Origin: the human T2T-CHM13v2.0 reference genome, Homo sapiens
Reading direction: 5' to 3' (one strand)
DNA length: 64,000 nt
Assembly (NCBI RefSeq): GCF_009914755.1
Contig: NC_060929.1
The first letter of the stretch is position 1, and every line of letters begins with the position of its first letter. Under the pieces are notes generated by a model that saw only the letters and a program-made list of their open reading frames with translations, had not been told where the DNA came from and did no database searches. Shown here in pieces: positions 30,540 through 46,964 of the stretch. The translations under genes and the position numbers were made by a program.

Positions 30540-30690
30540 TGTTTGGGGTTAAGTCTTAAGTCTAGTATGTTGTCAGTTTCCATTTGTTCCCTCTGTTCTT
30601 CGTTCTCTTTTTCCTGCTTTCTTGGTCTAATTAAGTACTTTTTAAGAACCCCATCTAGTTTACTCTATTGACTTTTCAGCTATACGGCAC

Positions 30691-30692
30691 TG

Positions 30693-30741
<49 letters not shown>

Positions 30742-30750
30742 ACATATATT
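30691..30750. repeat. (TA)n microsatellite at the 3' junction of the CIR1 retrocopy
   Basis: Direct observation. Confidence 0.95.
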
Positions 30751-30753
30751 TTT

Positions 30754-32503
<1,750 letters not shown>

Positions 32504-32559
32504 CACTGTATATTTTTTAAATGATGGCTCTAAGAATTACATCCACAACTTATCACACT

Positions 32560-32912
<353 letters not shown>

Positions 32913-33283
32913 TAAGGTAAGAATCTTATCTTAGTTACATTCATACTCCCTCTCCTCTTCTTTACTATCATATAGCTTCCTTCTACATATATTATAAATC
33001 CCACAATAAGCTGTCATTAATTTTGCTTTAAAATTATTAAATGAATTTTAAATAATTTAAGAAAAAAATAATTTTTATGTTAACTTACATATTTACCATT
33101 TCTAACAGTCTTCATTTCATCCTATATGTGTGATTTTTCATCTGGCCTGAATTTTCCCTTAAGCCTGAAAAACTTCCTTAGAATTTCTTGTGGTGCAGGT
33201 CTGCTGGTGATAAATTCTAACAGTATTTGCTTATTTGAAGATGCTTATATTTCACCTCAATTTTACAAAGATGTTTATGGTCA

Positions 33284-34030
<747 letters not shown>

Positions 34031-34099
34031 CTATATATAATGTGGTTTTTTTCCCCATAGCTGATTTTAAGATTTTCTCCTTATCTTTGGTAATCATGA

Positions 34100-34279
<180 letters not shown>

Positions 34280-35825
34280 TAAGGCTCGTGGATTAAAAAA
34301 TGTTGAGTAACTATCTTGTTTTTTCTTTGTGCATTGAATTTGACAAGGCCCTCAGATTGAAAAGTGTTGAGTTTCATTCTAGCAGAGACTCAGATTGCTG
34401 CAGATCACCTTGACCCTGTGGCGGCTTGGTTTTAGCCTTTGCTAAGGAAAGTCTATTTGAGTTTGCCAGTAGTTCTAGGGTGCAACCCTTAGTCCTGGGA
34501 CATGGTCTCAACTCCTAAGGTCTGATACCCCTTCTGGGGTGTCAATCAAAAGCCAGGAGTGTTTGCCAAGTCTCTCCAATTTGGCAGAATTTTAACTGCA
34601 AACTATATTCCCAGGGCAGAGCAGCTGCTGAAATTTCTGCTCAGCTCTTTCAGCCTTCCAGCTGTTGTTTTCCCAGGAGTTTTTTGGAATCTTACCCTGC
34701 ATATGACTAGTTCAGGGGATGGCTATAAATTAGAAGGAAATTTTTGTATGTATTTTGGGATTCTTTCTTCTGTGGCTTATTCTGTGATTTCCCCCCTCAA
34801 GTTCCAGCTGCTCTCGCAACCTTGCACTCTTCTGACTCTACAAGCCCAATAAGACTGCCACTTTCTGCATGAGCTCCACCCCATAGACCACTCAAATGGT
34901 GAGTGACCTCAAGGTAAAAGCCAGATAAAAGTAGATCACACCCAGTACTCTTTTCCTTCTTTCTACAGTTATATACATACAGTTTCTGCCTGCTTTTAGT
35001 CATTCTCCAGTGTCTTCAAATAGTCATTTATTATATTCTGTTGAGAGTCTATAATGTTATTCACAGGAGAATCAGCCCAATACAAGCTACTCTTTCTTTA
35101 TCAAAAGCTGGAAGTCCTCTAGATCCCAAAGATATGCTACATTTTCTTCTATTAATTTTATAGTATTACCTTTTACATTTAAGTTTTCACTCTATTTGAA
35201 GTTCACTTTTAAATGTGGTGTCAAATAGAAATCCAGTCTAATTTTCCTTACTTAGGAGCCAGTTTTTCCAATAGAATCTACTACTGACTATAAAGACTTT
35301 ACCCCAGATCATTGGGGGAGGAAGAATGATTATCCTCCCTCAGTGATCTGGGGTAACATCATTACATATATTAAGTTTCCATATGGAACCATCTCTGAAC
35401 TCTTTATTCTGTTCCATTGATCTTGTGTTTCACTGATTCATCTGATCTTGTGCCAATATCACTATTTCCATGGCTTTGTAGTATGCCTTAGCATCTGGTG
35501 GGGCAGGTACCTCCCCTTCCCTTTATTCTATCTTGTAGATCTTTATTCATCCACAAACATTTTACAGTAAGTGTATCAGCTTCCCAGAAAAAAACTATTC
35601 CATTTTGAATGCGATTAAATTGAATTTATAGATTAATTTGGAGAAAATTAATTTTTTGTGCTATTGATTTATTCCTCCCAAGAGTACAGTATGTCTTTCT
35701 CATTTTTATTATATTCTCTGTTTTTTATTTGAGGTTTTAATTTTTTTCCATACAGGTCTTATGTATCCTCAAATACTTCCTAGATACTCTACAGTTTTTG
35801 TTACCACTTACAAATGGTATATTAA

Positions 35826-36422
<597 letters not shown>

Positions 36423-36756
36423 TTATTTTTAATTATATTTTCACTACTTTTAACAGGTATATAGTAGATGATCAATAAATCCACGTTAACTGTGTTTTTT
36501 TTCTTCTGCTCATTTACATAGGACCCTCTAATCTCACTGGCTCTACCCATTCTCTTCCCTTTTCTAACTGGAAAATCTCCAAATTAATCTTTTTTCAACC
36601 TCATTTTATTCATTCAACAACACTCAGTAATTATGTATTGAACACCTACTTAACTATTTCCCACGTTCTGGAGATACATACTGATGAACAAAACAGAGCT
36701 CTAGACTCTAGACTTGCTTTCTAGTGGGAAGAGACAGACAATTAATGTAATAAATA

Positions 36757-37147
36757 GGCGGGCGCAATGGCTCACGTCTGTAATCCCAGCATTCTGGGAA
36801 GCCAAGGTGGGCAAATCATGAGGTCAGGAGATCGAGACTATCCTGACCGACATGGTAAAACCCTGTCCCTACTAAAAAAAAAAAAAAAATTAGCTGGGTG
36901 TGGTGGCGAGTGCCTGTAATCCCAGCTACTCAGGAGTCTGAGGCAGGAGAATCACTTGAACTCGGGAGGCAGAGGTTGCAGTGAGGCGAGATCACGCCAC
37001 TGCACTCCAGCCTGGGTGACAGAGGGAGATGACTTTGTCTCAAAAAAAAAAAAAAAAAAAAAAAGAGGATAGTATGGCTGCGGCAGAGTGAGGAGTGGAG
37101 AGAAATGGGGACATGAGGTCAAGAGACTCCGTCTCAAAAAAAAAAAA
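36757..37147 (+). mobile_element. AluS (Sc-like) carrying an internal ~100-nt insertion and two A-tails
   Basis: Alu end GACTCCGTCTC(A)n reappears at 37125-37147 after non-Alu sequence. Confidence 0.88.
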
Positions 37148-37413
37148 TAGTAACAAGTAAGTAAATTGTTTGGCATGTTAAAAGATTTCAAGTGATATGA
37201 GGAAAAGAAAATTAGAGCAGGGTTATTGGGATCAGGAATGTGGAGGTAGGGCAAGTTTGCAATGTTGCAAAGGGGTGTCAGAGTAGGTCTCATTGGGCAG
37301 GAGACACTTGAGTAAAGGCTTGATGGAGGAGGGAGGGAGAACATTCCAGGCAGAGGGATCAGCAAAGCCCTAAAGCATGAACTTTCTTGGTGTATTCAAA
37401 GAAGAGCAAAGGA

Positions 37414-37718
37414 GGCCGGGTGTGGTAGCTCACGTCTATAATCCCTGCACTTTGGGAGGACGAGGCGGTGGATCACCTGAGGTCAGGTGTTCAAGACCAG
37501 CCTGGCCAACATGGCGAAACCCCATCTCTACTAAAAATACAAAAAAAAAAAAAAAATTAGCCCGGCATGGTGGCACGTGCATGTAGTCCCAGCTACTCAG
37601 GCGGCTGAGCCAGGAGAACCACTTAAACCCAGGAGGGCTTCTTCCAGACAAGCCGAGATCGCACCACTGCACTCCAGCCTGGGTGACAGAGGGAGACGAC
37701 TGTGTCTCAAAAAATAAA
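37414..37718 (+). mobile_element. AluS with a non-Alu patch at 37637-37651
   Basis: GGAGG-GCTTCTTCCAGACA-AGCCGAGATC replaces the consensus CGGAGGTTGCAGTG. Confidence 0.9.
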
Positions 37719-38077
37719 AGAGGATAGTATGGCTGCAGCAGAGTGAGGAATGGAGAAAAATGGGGACATGAGGTCAAGAGATGGTGGGGAAATGACAGAT
37801 TGTGCGGGGCCTTGTGGAATATTGTAAGGACTTTGACTTTTTCTCTTACTTTGAGGGCACTGAGCACAGAAGTGACATGGCCTGACTTTACAATTTACAA
37901 GAATGACTCTGACTGCTAAGTTAAGAACAGATTGGAGAAGCTGGGAGACCTGCTGGGAGCCTATTGCAGTGATCCAACGAAGGGGATTGTGGCTCAGACC
38001 AGGAACCAGCTGTGCAAATGGTAAGAAATGGTCAGAGTCTGCAGGGGTTTGAAGGAAAGCCAGACCCACTGCGGGAT

Positions 38078-38533
38078 ACGTGGATGTCTCTGATTGCCCC
38101 TCTGGACTCACCGTCCAGCTCCTCCCACCCAGCTCTGTGCCCTGGGAGGTGACCTGTGTGAACTGCATCAATAATCTCTTTTGCCCTCTGTTTCCCACTT
38201 GGTTTGGCCAAAAGGAGTACTGGCAAGGGATCTGAAGGCAGGAGGAGTGTGAGGTAGGGGTATACTTCCTTGACTCCCTCCTTGCTGGTTTGGCTGAGCG
38301 CCTTGAATCAGGCAGCCCACTCCAGAAAAGCTGCTCCTCTGGGTTGGATAATGGCCTCCACCCTTGGCCCCCCAGACCGAGGTGCTAACAGCTCCCAGCT
38401 CGTTCCAGTCCCAGAGGACTGCAGTATAACCTGTTGCTTTTCCTCAACTCTGTCCATAAAGTTATGTATAGTCCAATTATTAAACTCTCCCGTTTGAGTG
38501 TGCCACCTTTTTCCTGCAGGGACTGTGACTGAT
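38078..38533 (+). mobile_element. ERVL LTR, LTR33-like
   Basis: TTGCCCCTCTGGACTCAC..GCTCTGTGCCCTGGGAGG..TTTGAGTGTGCCACC..GACTGATA. Confidence 0.65.
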
Positions 38534-39076
38534 AGAGAGTGGATATGGGGCATGAATGAAAGTGGAGTTGAGGATGGCTCCCTTGACCACAAGACCCAAG
38601 GTTTACCAAGTTCCCTCCTTCCATACAGCTCTGTGCCCCAGACCCAGCCAAAGCAATTCGTGGGGCTTTATTCCCATTGGAAGTAACCAAATTGCACAGA
38701 ACTTCAAAAGAGTAAAATGTAATGGTAAACATGGCCATCTTCTTCCAGACAAAGCCTGATATGGAAAAAGCACTGTGCAAGGAGTCAGGAGGCTCCCTGA
38801 GCAACAGATTAACTCCAGAATAACCCTTAGCAGGCCACTTGACTGCTCTGAGCCGCTTTCTTCATCAGTAAAATTGGTAAAAATGAAACCTAATTCAAAG
38901 AACTGTAGGGAAAGAACAAATAACAACACCCAGATCAACAGAATGCGATCCCCTGTGTAAGGCTGGGAAAGAGAATGCCGCAATTTGTATTCTTACAAAT
39001 CAGCTTGGTTTACAAGTTGCATGACCTCGAAGATGTTTCTGGGCCTGTTTCCTCATCTGTAAAATGAAAACAACAG

Positions 39077-39493
39077 TATAATTTTATTATATGTTTTTGT
39101 ATTGCTATAAAGAAGTACCTGAGACTGGGTAATTTATAAAGGAGGTTTAATTGGCTCACGGTTCTGCAGGCTCAATAAGCATGGCTTCAGCATCTGCTTC
39201 TGTTGAGAACCTCAGGAAGCTTCTAATCATGGCAGAAGGCGAAGGGAGAACAGATGGTCACTTGGCAAGAGCAGGAGCAAGCGGGGCAAGGGTGGGGTGA
39301 GATACTCTTAAACAACCAGATCTCGTGTGAACTAACTGAGCAAAAACTCACCCATCACCCACGGGATGACACTAAACCATTCATGAGGGACCTGCCGCCA
39401 TGATCCAATCACCTCCCACTAGGCCCCACCTCCAATATTGGAGGTCATATTTCAACATGAGATTTGGACAGGATAAACATCCAAACCATGTCA
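39077..39493 (-). mobile_element. MST (MaLR) solo LTR within a MIR
   Basis: TACCTGAGACTGGGTAATTTATAAAG..TTTCAACATGAGATTTGG..CAAACCATGTCA. Confidence 0.9.
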
Positions 39494-39818
39494 GCATTGT
39501 TCAGCACATGCTACATTAGCTGGTGTGGAGCTTAATGAAATGAGGGCGTGCCTGGCTAGTAAGTATTCATTAAGTGTTATGTATTTAATAAATATTGAAT
39601 TACTCCCTTCTTTCCTTCTGTGAAATGAGGAAATTGAACTCGTTAATACAAAAGGTAACTTGTTTTGGTGACACTAAGTCTAGGATCTTTTGAAATTTTG
39701 GTTATGCATTTTTTCAAAATTATAAAAAGGACAAATAACATAATAAACACCCATCTACTCACATTATCTACATGTATCTCTAAATATATATTAAAGAGAG
39801 AGATAGAGAATGAAAAAA

Positions 39819-40187
39819 GCCAGTGCAGGTGGTCCTGTAGCTGCAGCTACTCGGGAGGCTGGAAGGCAGGAGGATCCCTTGAGCCCAGGAGTTAGAGGCT
39901 GCAGTGAGCTACCATTGTGCCACTGCACTCCAGCCTGGGTCACAGGGAAAAAAGAAAAAAAAATAGGCCAGGCATGGTGGCTCACGCCTGTAATCCCAGC
40001 ACTTGGGAAACCCCGTCTCTACTAAAAATACAAAAAATTAGCCAGGCGTAGTGGCGGGCACCTGTAATCCCAGCTACTCAGAAGGCTGAGGCATGAGAAT
40101 CACTTCAACCAGGAGGCAGAGGTTGCAGTGAGCTGAGATCGAGCCACTACACTCCAGCCTGGGCAACAGAGCAAGATTCTGTCTCAA

Positions 40188-40218
<31 letters not shown>

Positions 40219-40222
40219 CAAA
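39819..40222 (+). mobile_element. AluJ-type monomer plus AluS with left-arm deletion
   Basis: GCACTTGGGAAACCCCGTC skips about 55 nt of consensus. Confidence 0.88.
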
Positions 40223-40992
40223 ATTTTGTATAATTGGTATCACATTACGAATTAACCTGCAGCTTGTTTTTTTCCTCAGCAATATGTCTGTGAGATCCAT
40301 CCATTTTGATATGTGAAGGTCTTATTTGTTTTCACTACCGTGTGGTACTACATTGTATGAATTTGATGGACGTTTAAATTGTTTCCAATTTTTTAGGTTT
40401 ACAAATAGTGCCACTTTAAACATCCTGATGACTGCAAGTTTCCAAGTCTGAACTTGAGTTTCTTTACTGCCTGCCAGATGCTGTTGTGCACCTCAGTTGA
40501 GATGGGGGAAGGGGAGAGAGGCTGGACTGGGGGTGGGAGGGGAGGAGGGACAGGGAAGCTGAATCTTATTTAACAGGTTCTGAAGGCTTTGTAAGTCACA
40601 GCTCTTAAAACACAATATTTTGAAGATTTAAGTGTAAATGAATCAGAGCCATATGGATTACATTTGCCTTAAATTACACAGGATTTAGAGCAGGGCGCAG
40701 TGCCCTGGGGCTGAGGGAGCAGGCGTTTCATGAACTACCTTCTTTGCTCCCCTTCCTGGCTTCTCTGCCAACAGGCTGCGGAGGAGTGGAGACTCGGGCT
40801 GCCCAGGTGCCCTCCACACAGCCCGAGGGCCTGCCCAATGGGGGCACCGAGGAGCCTCAAAGCCTGGCATCTGGATGCCTGAGTCCTAGTGCCTGCTTTG
40901 CCACTGCTTCACTGTGTGGCATTGGGCCACACACTCTGCATCTCTGGGCCTCAGTTTCCTCATTTGTAAAATGAGGCACCTGAGAGGTGCTA

Positions 40993-41319
<327 letters not shown>

Positions 41320-41782
41320 ATCCTGGGTTTGACTCCCTCTCTAACCTCTTTCTGGCTGTGAGACCTTAGGCAAATTACTAATCAGCCCCCTCTCTATCTC
41401 AGTTGCCGCATCCATAAAATGGGAATACTAATAGTATCCACCTCATAGGTAGCTGTGAAGAATAAACTATCTGGGACACCTAGAAAGTGCCTGACTCTAA
41501 GTAAGCACTTCACAGATACCACTTTTGTTTTATATTTTAGTGTCATTATCAAAGATCGGTCCAAGTCTGATTTTTCCCAGCAGAGATGATAGGAGCGAGC
41601 CTGAAGAAGGGTTATGGAGTGGCCGGCAGCTTCTCATTCCTTTAGTACCATAGCTCTACTTTATATCCACTGTTCCATTCCATTTTAAATGCAAATAGAT
41701 ACACATATGCTTACCAAATGGATCATGCTGAGTTATAATGTTTTTTTCACTTTTCCTGTGTCACAAATATCTTTTCATATAA

Positions 41783-42192
<410 letters not shown>

Positions 42193-42812
42193 TGATACTC
42201 AACACAAGAAAATGAATTTGGTTTCATTTTCATCCCCAATTTATAGCTGAGAAACTGAGGCTTAGAGAAATTAAATAGACTTAAAATATCACTGGAGTTC
42301 AGATCTGTGGACTCCTGGGCGTAAGCGCTACTGGACGTTGTCTGTAGTACTAAAATAACATTTCTAAGCAGCTTCAGGCCCCTATTCTTAGACACTTAAA
42401 TTTTTTTTTCTGGCATCTTCACTTTTATCAACTGCATATGATAAACAATCTTGTGAGAAGATATTTGGCGACATCATGATTACTTCTTTGGGATAAATTC
42501 TTCAAAGTAGATGGCCCACTGTCTGGGGCTTTCATCTTGGAGACAAGGAGAAAGAGAGGCCAGGTTGGAGGCTGGATGTGAAGGAAGAAGCAGGAAGCCA
42601 TCCAGGAGAAAGGCCCGACTAGGAGGCCAGGATGCCTCGCTCGCCCACACAACAGAACACGCCGCTTCGGTTTATCAGTGATGGGGTTCCCCCTGCTCCC
42701 TCTGAGCTCACCCTGAAGCCCTTAGGAATCTAGTTTATTTCCAGGAAGTTTTGCTGACTTAGCTAAAGACCCCGTTTTGTGGATCAGCTGCAAGACACAG
42801 ACACTCAGCCAA

Positions 42813-42862
42813 AACACACACACATACACACACACACATACACACACACACACACACACACA
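42813..42862. repeat. (CA)n microsatellite
   Basis: Direct observation. Confidence 0.95.
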
Positions 42863-43025
42863 GGCTTCACCCTCCAGGAGTCAGGTGTGAGGGAGGCACT
42901 CACTGGGAAGAGGCCAAATAACCCATGGAAAGTGGGAGAGCTTAATTTACATGGAAAGAAAATTCCCTGAAAAAAAAGCCATTCATCAGATTTACATACA
43001 TAATTTTCTCTCTTAACTAGGTTAA

Positions 43026-43312
<287 letters not shown>

Positions 43313-43414
43313 ATGCTCATGTTTACTGTTTTTTAAAATCCTTAGAAAGTATACCACTATCTGTGAAGATCTAAAAGTTTCTTAAATTCTCATTTCAGAC
43401 TGGGTGTGTAATTT

Positions 43415-43575
43415 GCATACAAACCATGTGGAAATCTTGTTAAAATGCAGATTCTGATTCAGGAAGGCTGACTGGGGCCTGAGCATGCACTTCTAACACT
43501 CTCCCACAAGGCTGATGCTGCTGGTCCATGCACCAGCTTGCAAGTTGAGAGGAGCACACAATACATTTGGTAAAG
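43415..43575. mobile_element. MER5 hAT-Charlie element
   Basis: CTTGTTAAAATGCAGATTCTGATTCAG..CTGATGCTGCTGGTCC. Confidence 0.75.
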
Positions 43576-44336
43576 TCGAGATTCTTCTCCCATGGAATTG
43601 TCACTCCCTGCTTATTGCTCAAAATACTCTTAAGTCAGAGCTGCAAGGGAGCTTGGAAAGCATTTGGTCAGAGCTGCTGCTGACAGATGAGGAAAGTGAA
43701 CCCCACGAGGGGAAGGGGCAGGCCCCAAGCCAGGGAGCTCGAGCCAGAGCATGGCTGGGGGCTCCAGGTTCCTTTTGTTTCCACAGAAGCCCAGAGCTTA
43801 GTCAGTTTCAACTGTGGGACTAGCAAAGGCTCTGTGAATGGCTGGGAAAAGCAGCAGCCCCTATAAGGATGACAGGGCCACCAGGCAGAGTGCAGACTCT
43901 ATGCTAAGCACCATCCAGATGCCTTGCACGCCGACATGCTCTCAGAAAGTCCACACCACAACTCTACACAGCAGAATCATTGACTTCATTTTACACAGAG
44001 AAGCCGAGGCTCAGAGAGCAGAGCAGTCTTCCAGAAGCCACACAGCGGGTAAATGGAGAGGTAGCATCAGATCTGTGTGTGAAAGAGCCCCACATCACTG
44101 TCTCCTTAACATCCATCCTTCAGAATTTTTGCCTTAATTGTACTTGAACAACGGTTCACTTTCCATAAAGGGAAAACTAGTATCATTTGAAAGATGTATT
44201 TTCATTGTAGAAAATACATTCATTGAAAACAGTGTTATTAAAATCTAGCTAAATCTTCACCTGCAGATCCCTAGGCCTGCCCTCTTTGTTAGGAGGGGAG
44301 ATTAGCAAACATTAGAGAGGTATTAAAGACAAACTA

Positions 44337-44615
44337 GGCCTGGCACCATAATCCCAGCACTTTGGAAGGCTGAGGCAGGAGGATTGCTTGAGGCCAAGAG
44401 TTTGAGACCACCATGGGCAGCATAGCCAGACCCCATCTCTTAAAAAAAATAAAAGAATTAGCTGGGCATGGTGGTGTGCACCTGTCATCCTAGCTAATTA
44501 GGAGGTTGAGGCAGAAGGATCACTTGAGCCCAGGAGTTCTAGGCTGCAGTGAGCTGTGATTGTACTATTGCACTCCAGCCTGGGCAACAGAGCCAGACCC
44601 TGTCTCTAAATGTGT
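44337..44615 (+). mobile_element. AluJ
   Basis: AluJ diagnostics; flanking AAACTAG/AGACTAG. Confidence 0.9.
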
Positions 44616-45039
44616 GTATTTATTTAAATACATAAAACAGACTAGCACCACACTGAGGCTTTCCTTTTAATGAAATTTAAAGGATTGAAAGAATATTGAA
44701 GAGAGAATAATTTTGCAGGATATGAGTCTACCTTTTGCATTGCCTTGTGTGAATTTGACCTTTCTTCCATCTCCAGGACAGAACATCTCACACTAAACTA
44801 CGCTACCTTTAGGTGAGCCAGGTGGTATCAGTCAAGACTGGCTTTCTGGAAAAGGCACCTGGACCAGGTTTCACATCATGGGAGGCCTAAGCTACGGTAT
44901 CTCTACTTAAAGTTTCTTACTGTCCAGAGAGAGTAGTCCACACCCCTCTCCAGGGGCCTGGGGGTCCAGTCAGCAGGCTGCCTGGAGCCAGGGCACACTC
45001 TCTCCCCAAAAGATGACCCACCAGCATGTTTGCCTAATG

Positions 45040-45200
45040 TGGCCACTTTGGAAACATTGTTTGTTCTTATCCTGCTAAAAACAGCTTCAAAGTGACTCCT
45101 GTCTAAACTGTGCCACGATCGATTATCAAATCCCTGACCTGATCGAAACCACAGGGGGACACAGTCATTTGCTTTAATGCAATTAAAGCAAAATATAATC
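45040..45200. promoter_or_regulatory. Candidate enhancer with palindromic P3 homeodomain site
   Basis: TTTGCTTTAAT-GCA-ATTAAAGCAAA plus SOX, GATA, TCF, CUX and RUNX-like motifs; motif evidence only. Confidence 0.42.
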
Positions 45201-45477
45201 ATGTATCCAGGCCAGGGACAAGGGCAGGGCTCTTTAGAAGGTGGGAGGAGAAACCAGCTCTGGATAATTTCTTCTCAGCTCCAAGGTAGCGAGCTTAGAC
45301 TTCTCCTGCCTCCGTCTCCAAGGCAGCCTTGGGCTTTGCTGCAGAGCCACCAGGTGAGGGTGTCCTGGGCGAAGGGGGAGCTGGGAGAAAGCAGTTTTGG
45401 AGTGAGATGTGGAGGAGGGTGGGGATTTGCAGAGCACAGCCAGGAGGAAAGAAGAAAAATGAAAAAGAGGAAGAAAT

Positions 45478-45845
<368 letters not shown>

Positions 45846-46193
45846 TCAGAATCTCTAACAAATCCCCAGCCTCAGGGAGGTTGAGGCTGGCAGGTCTTCC
45901 TGAAGGATGGCAGCCTCCCCAGCAGCAGGTGAGGTTGATCCAGCAGGACTTCCATGAGGAGGCACCAGGAAAATGTGTCTTCCCTTCTCAGAGAGCCACA
46001 TGAGGGAAAAGATCAGGGCGAGGGCTTGCCTTTCCGTCTCCCGGCTTCGGCCCAGCATCCCCGGGCTCTGCAAAGGAGTCAAGTGTCTTCACACCACGCA
46101 CCTGCCTCTCCCTCAGGGGCAGGCAGGGCTGGCAGGCTTCAAGGGACCCCCTCAGTGCTCACTGCACAGGCTGTCCGGGGGCTCCACACTCTC

Positions 46194-46964
46194 TGTACCG
46201 GTTCTTATGACTGCTGTGACAAAGTACCCCAGACTGGAAGGCTTAAACCACAGTTCTCACCGTTCTGGAGGATAAAAATCTGAGGCCAATATGTTGGCAA
46301 TGTTGGTTCCTTCTGAGGGCTGTGAGAAAAGGATCTGTTGAGGCCTCTCTCGTCAGCTTGTAGGCTGCTTCTCCCTGTGTTTCCTGATTTCCCCTCATCT
46401 TCCTGGGTCTCGACATCATCTTCCCTCTATGCATATCTCTGTGTCCAAACTTCCCCTTCTTATAAGGACTCCAGTCGTACTGGATTGAGGCCCACACTGA
46501 GGACCTCATTTTAACTTGATTAGCTCTATGAAGACCCTAGCTCCAAATAAAGGCACATTCTGAGGCACTGGACTGAATAGTGTGTCCCCCCTCAAATTCA
46601 GATGTTGAACTTTACCCCTCATTTTAATGGGATGAGAAAATGGGGCCTTTGGGGGGCGATTAGGTCAAGAGGGTAGAGCACTCCTGGATGGGGTTAGTGC
46701 CCCCACATAAGAGACCCCGGGGAGTTCCTCCAGCCCTTCCACCATGAGAGGACGCAGCAAGATGGTCGTCCATGAACCAGAAGCGGACCTCACCAGACCC
46801 TGAATCTGCCAGTGCCTTAATGTGGACCTCTCAGCTTCCAGAACTTGGAGAAACAAAAGTCTGTAGTTTCAGCCACCCAGTCTATGCCATCCTGAACAGA
46901 CTAAGGCAGGGCTTCAACATATTAATTTGGTGCGGTGGCGGGCGACACCATTCAGCATATCACA
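46194..46964 (-). mobile_element. MLT1C-like LTR split by an opposite-strand MLT1A-like LTR (about 46570-46908)
   Basis: GTTGGTTCCTTCTGAGGGCTGTGAG (minus) and CAGCCACCCAGTCTATG..GAACAGACTAAGGCA (plus); outer element resumes at GGGCTTCAACATAT. Confidence 0.75.

Larger units (their letters stand above)
36605..38045 (-). mobile_element. L2 3' region split by two Alus
   Basis: TTCATTCAACAA..TATTGAACACCTACT terminus; CATTCCAGGCAGAGGGATCAGCAAAG; CTATTGCAGTGATCCA. Confidence 0.8.
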
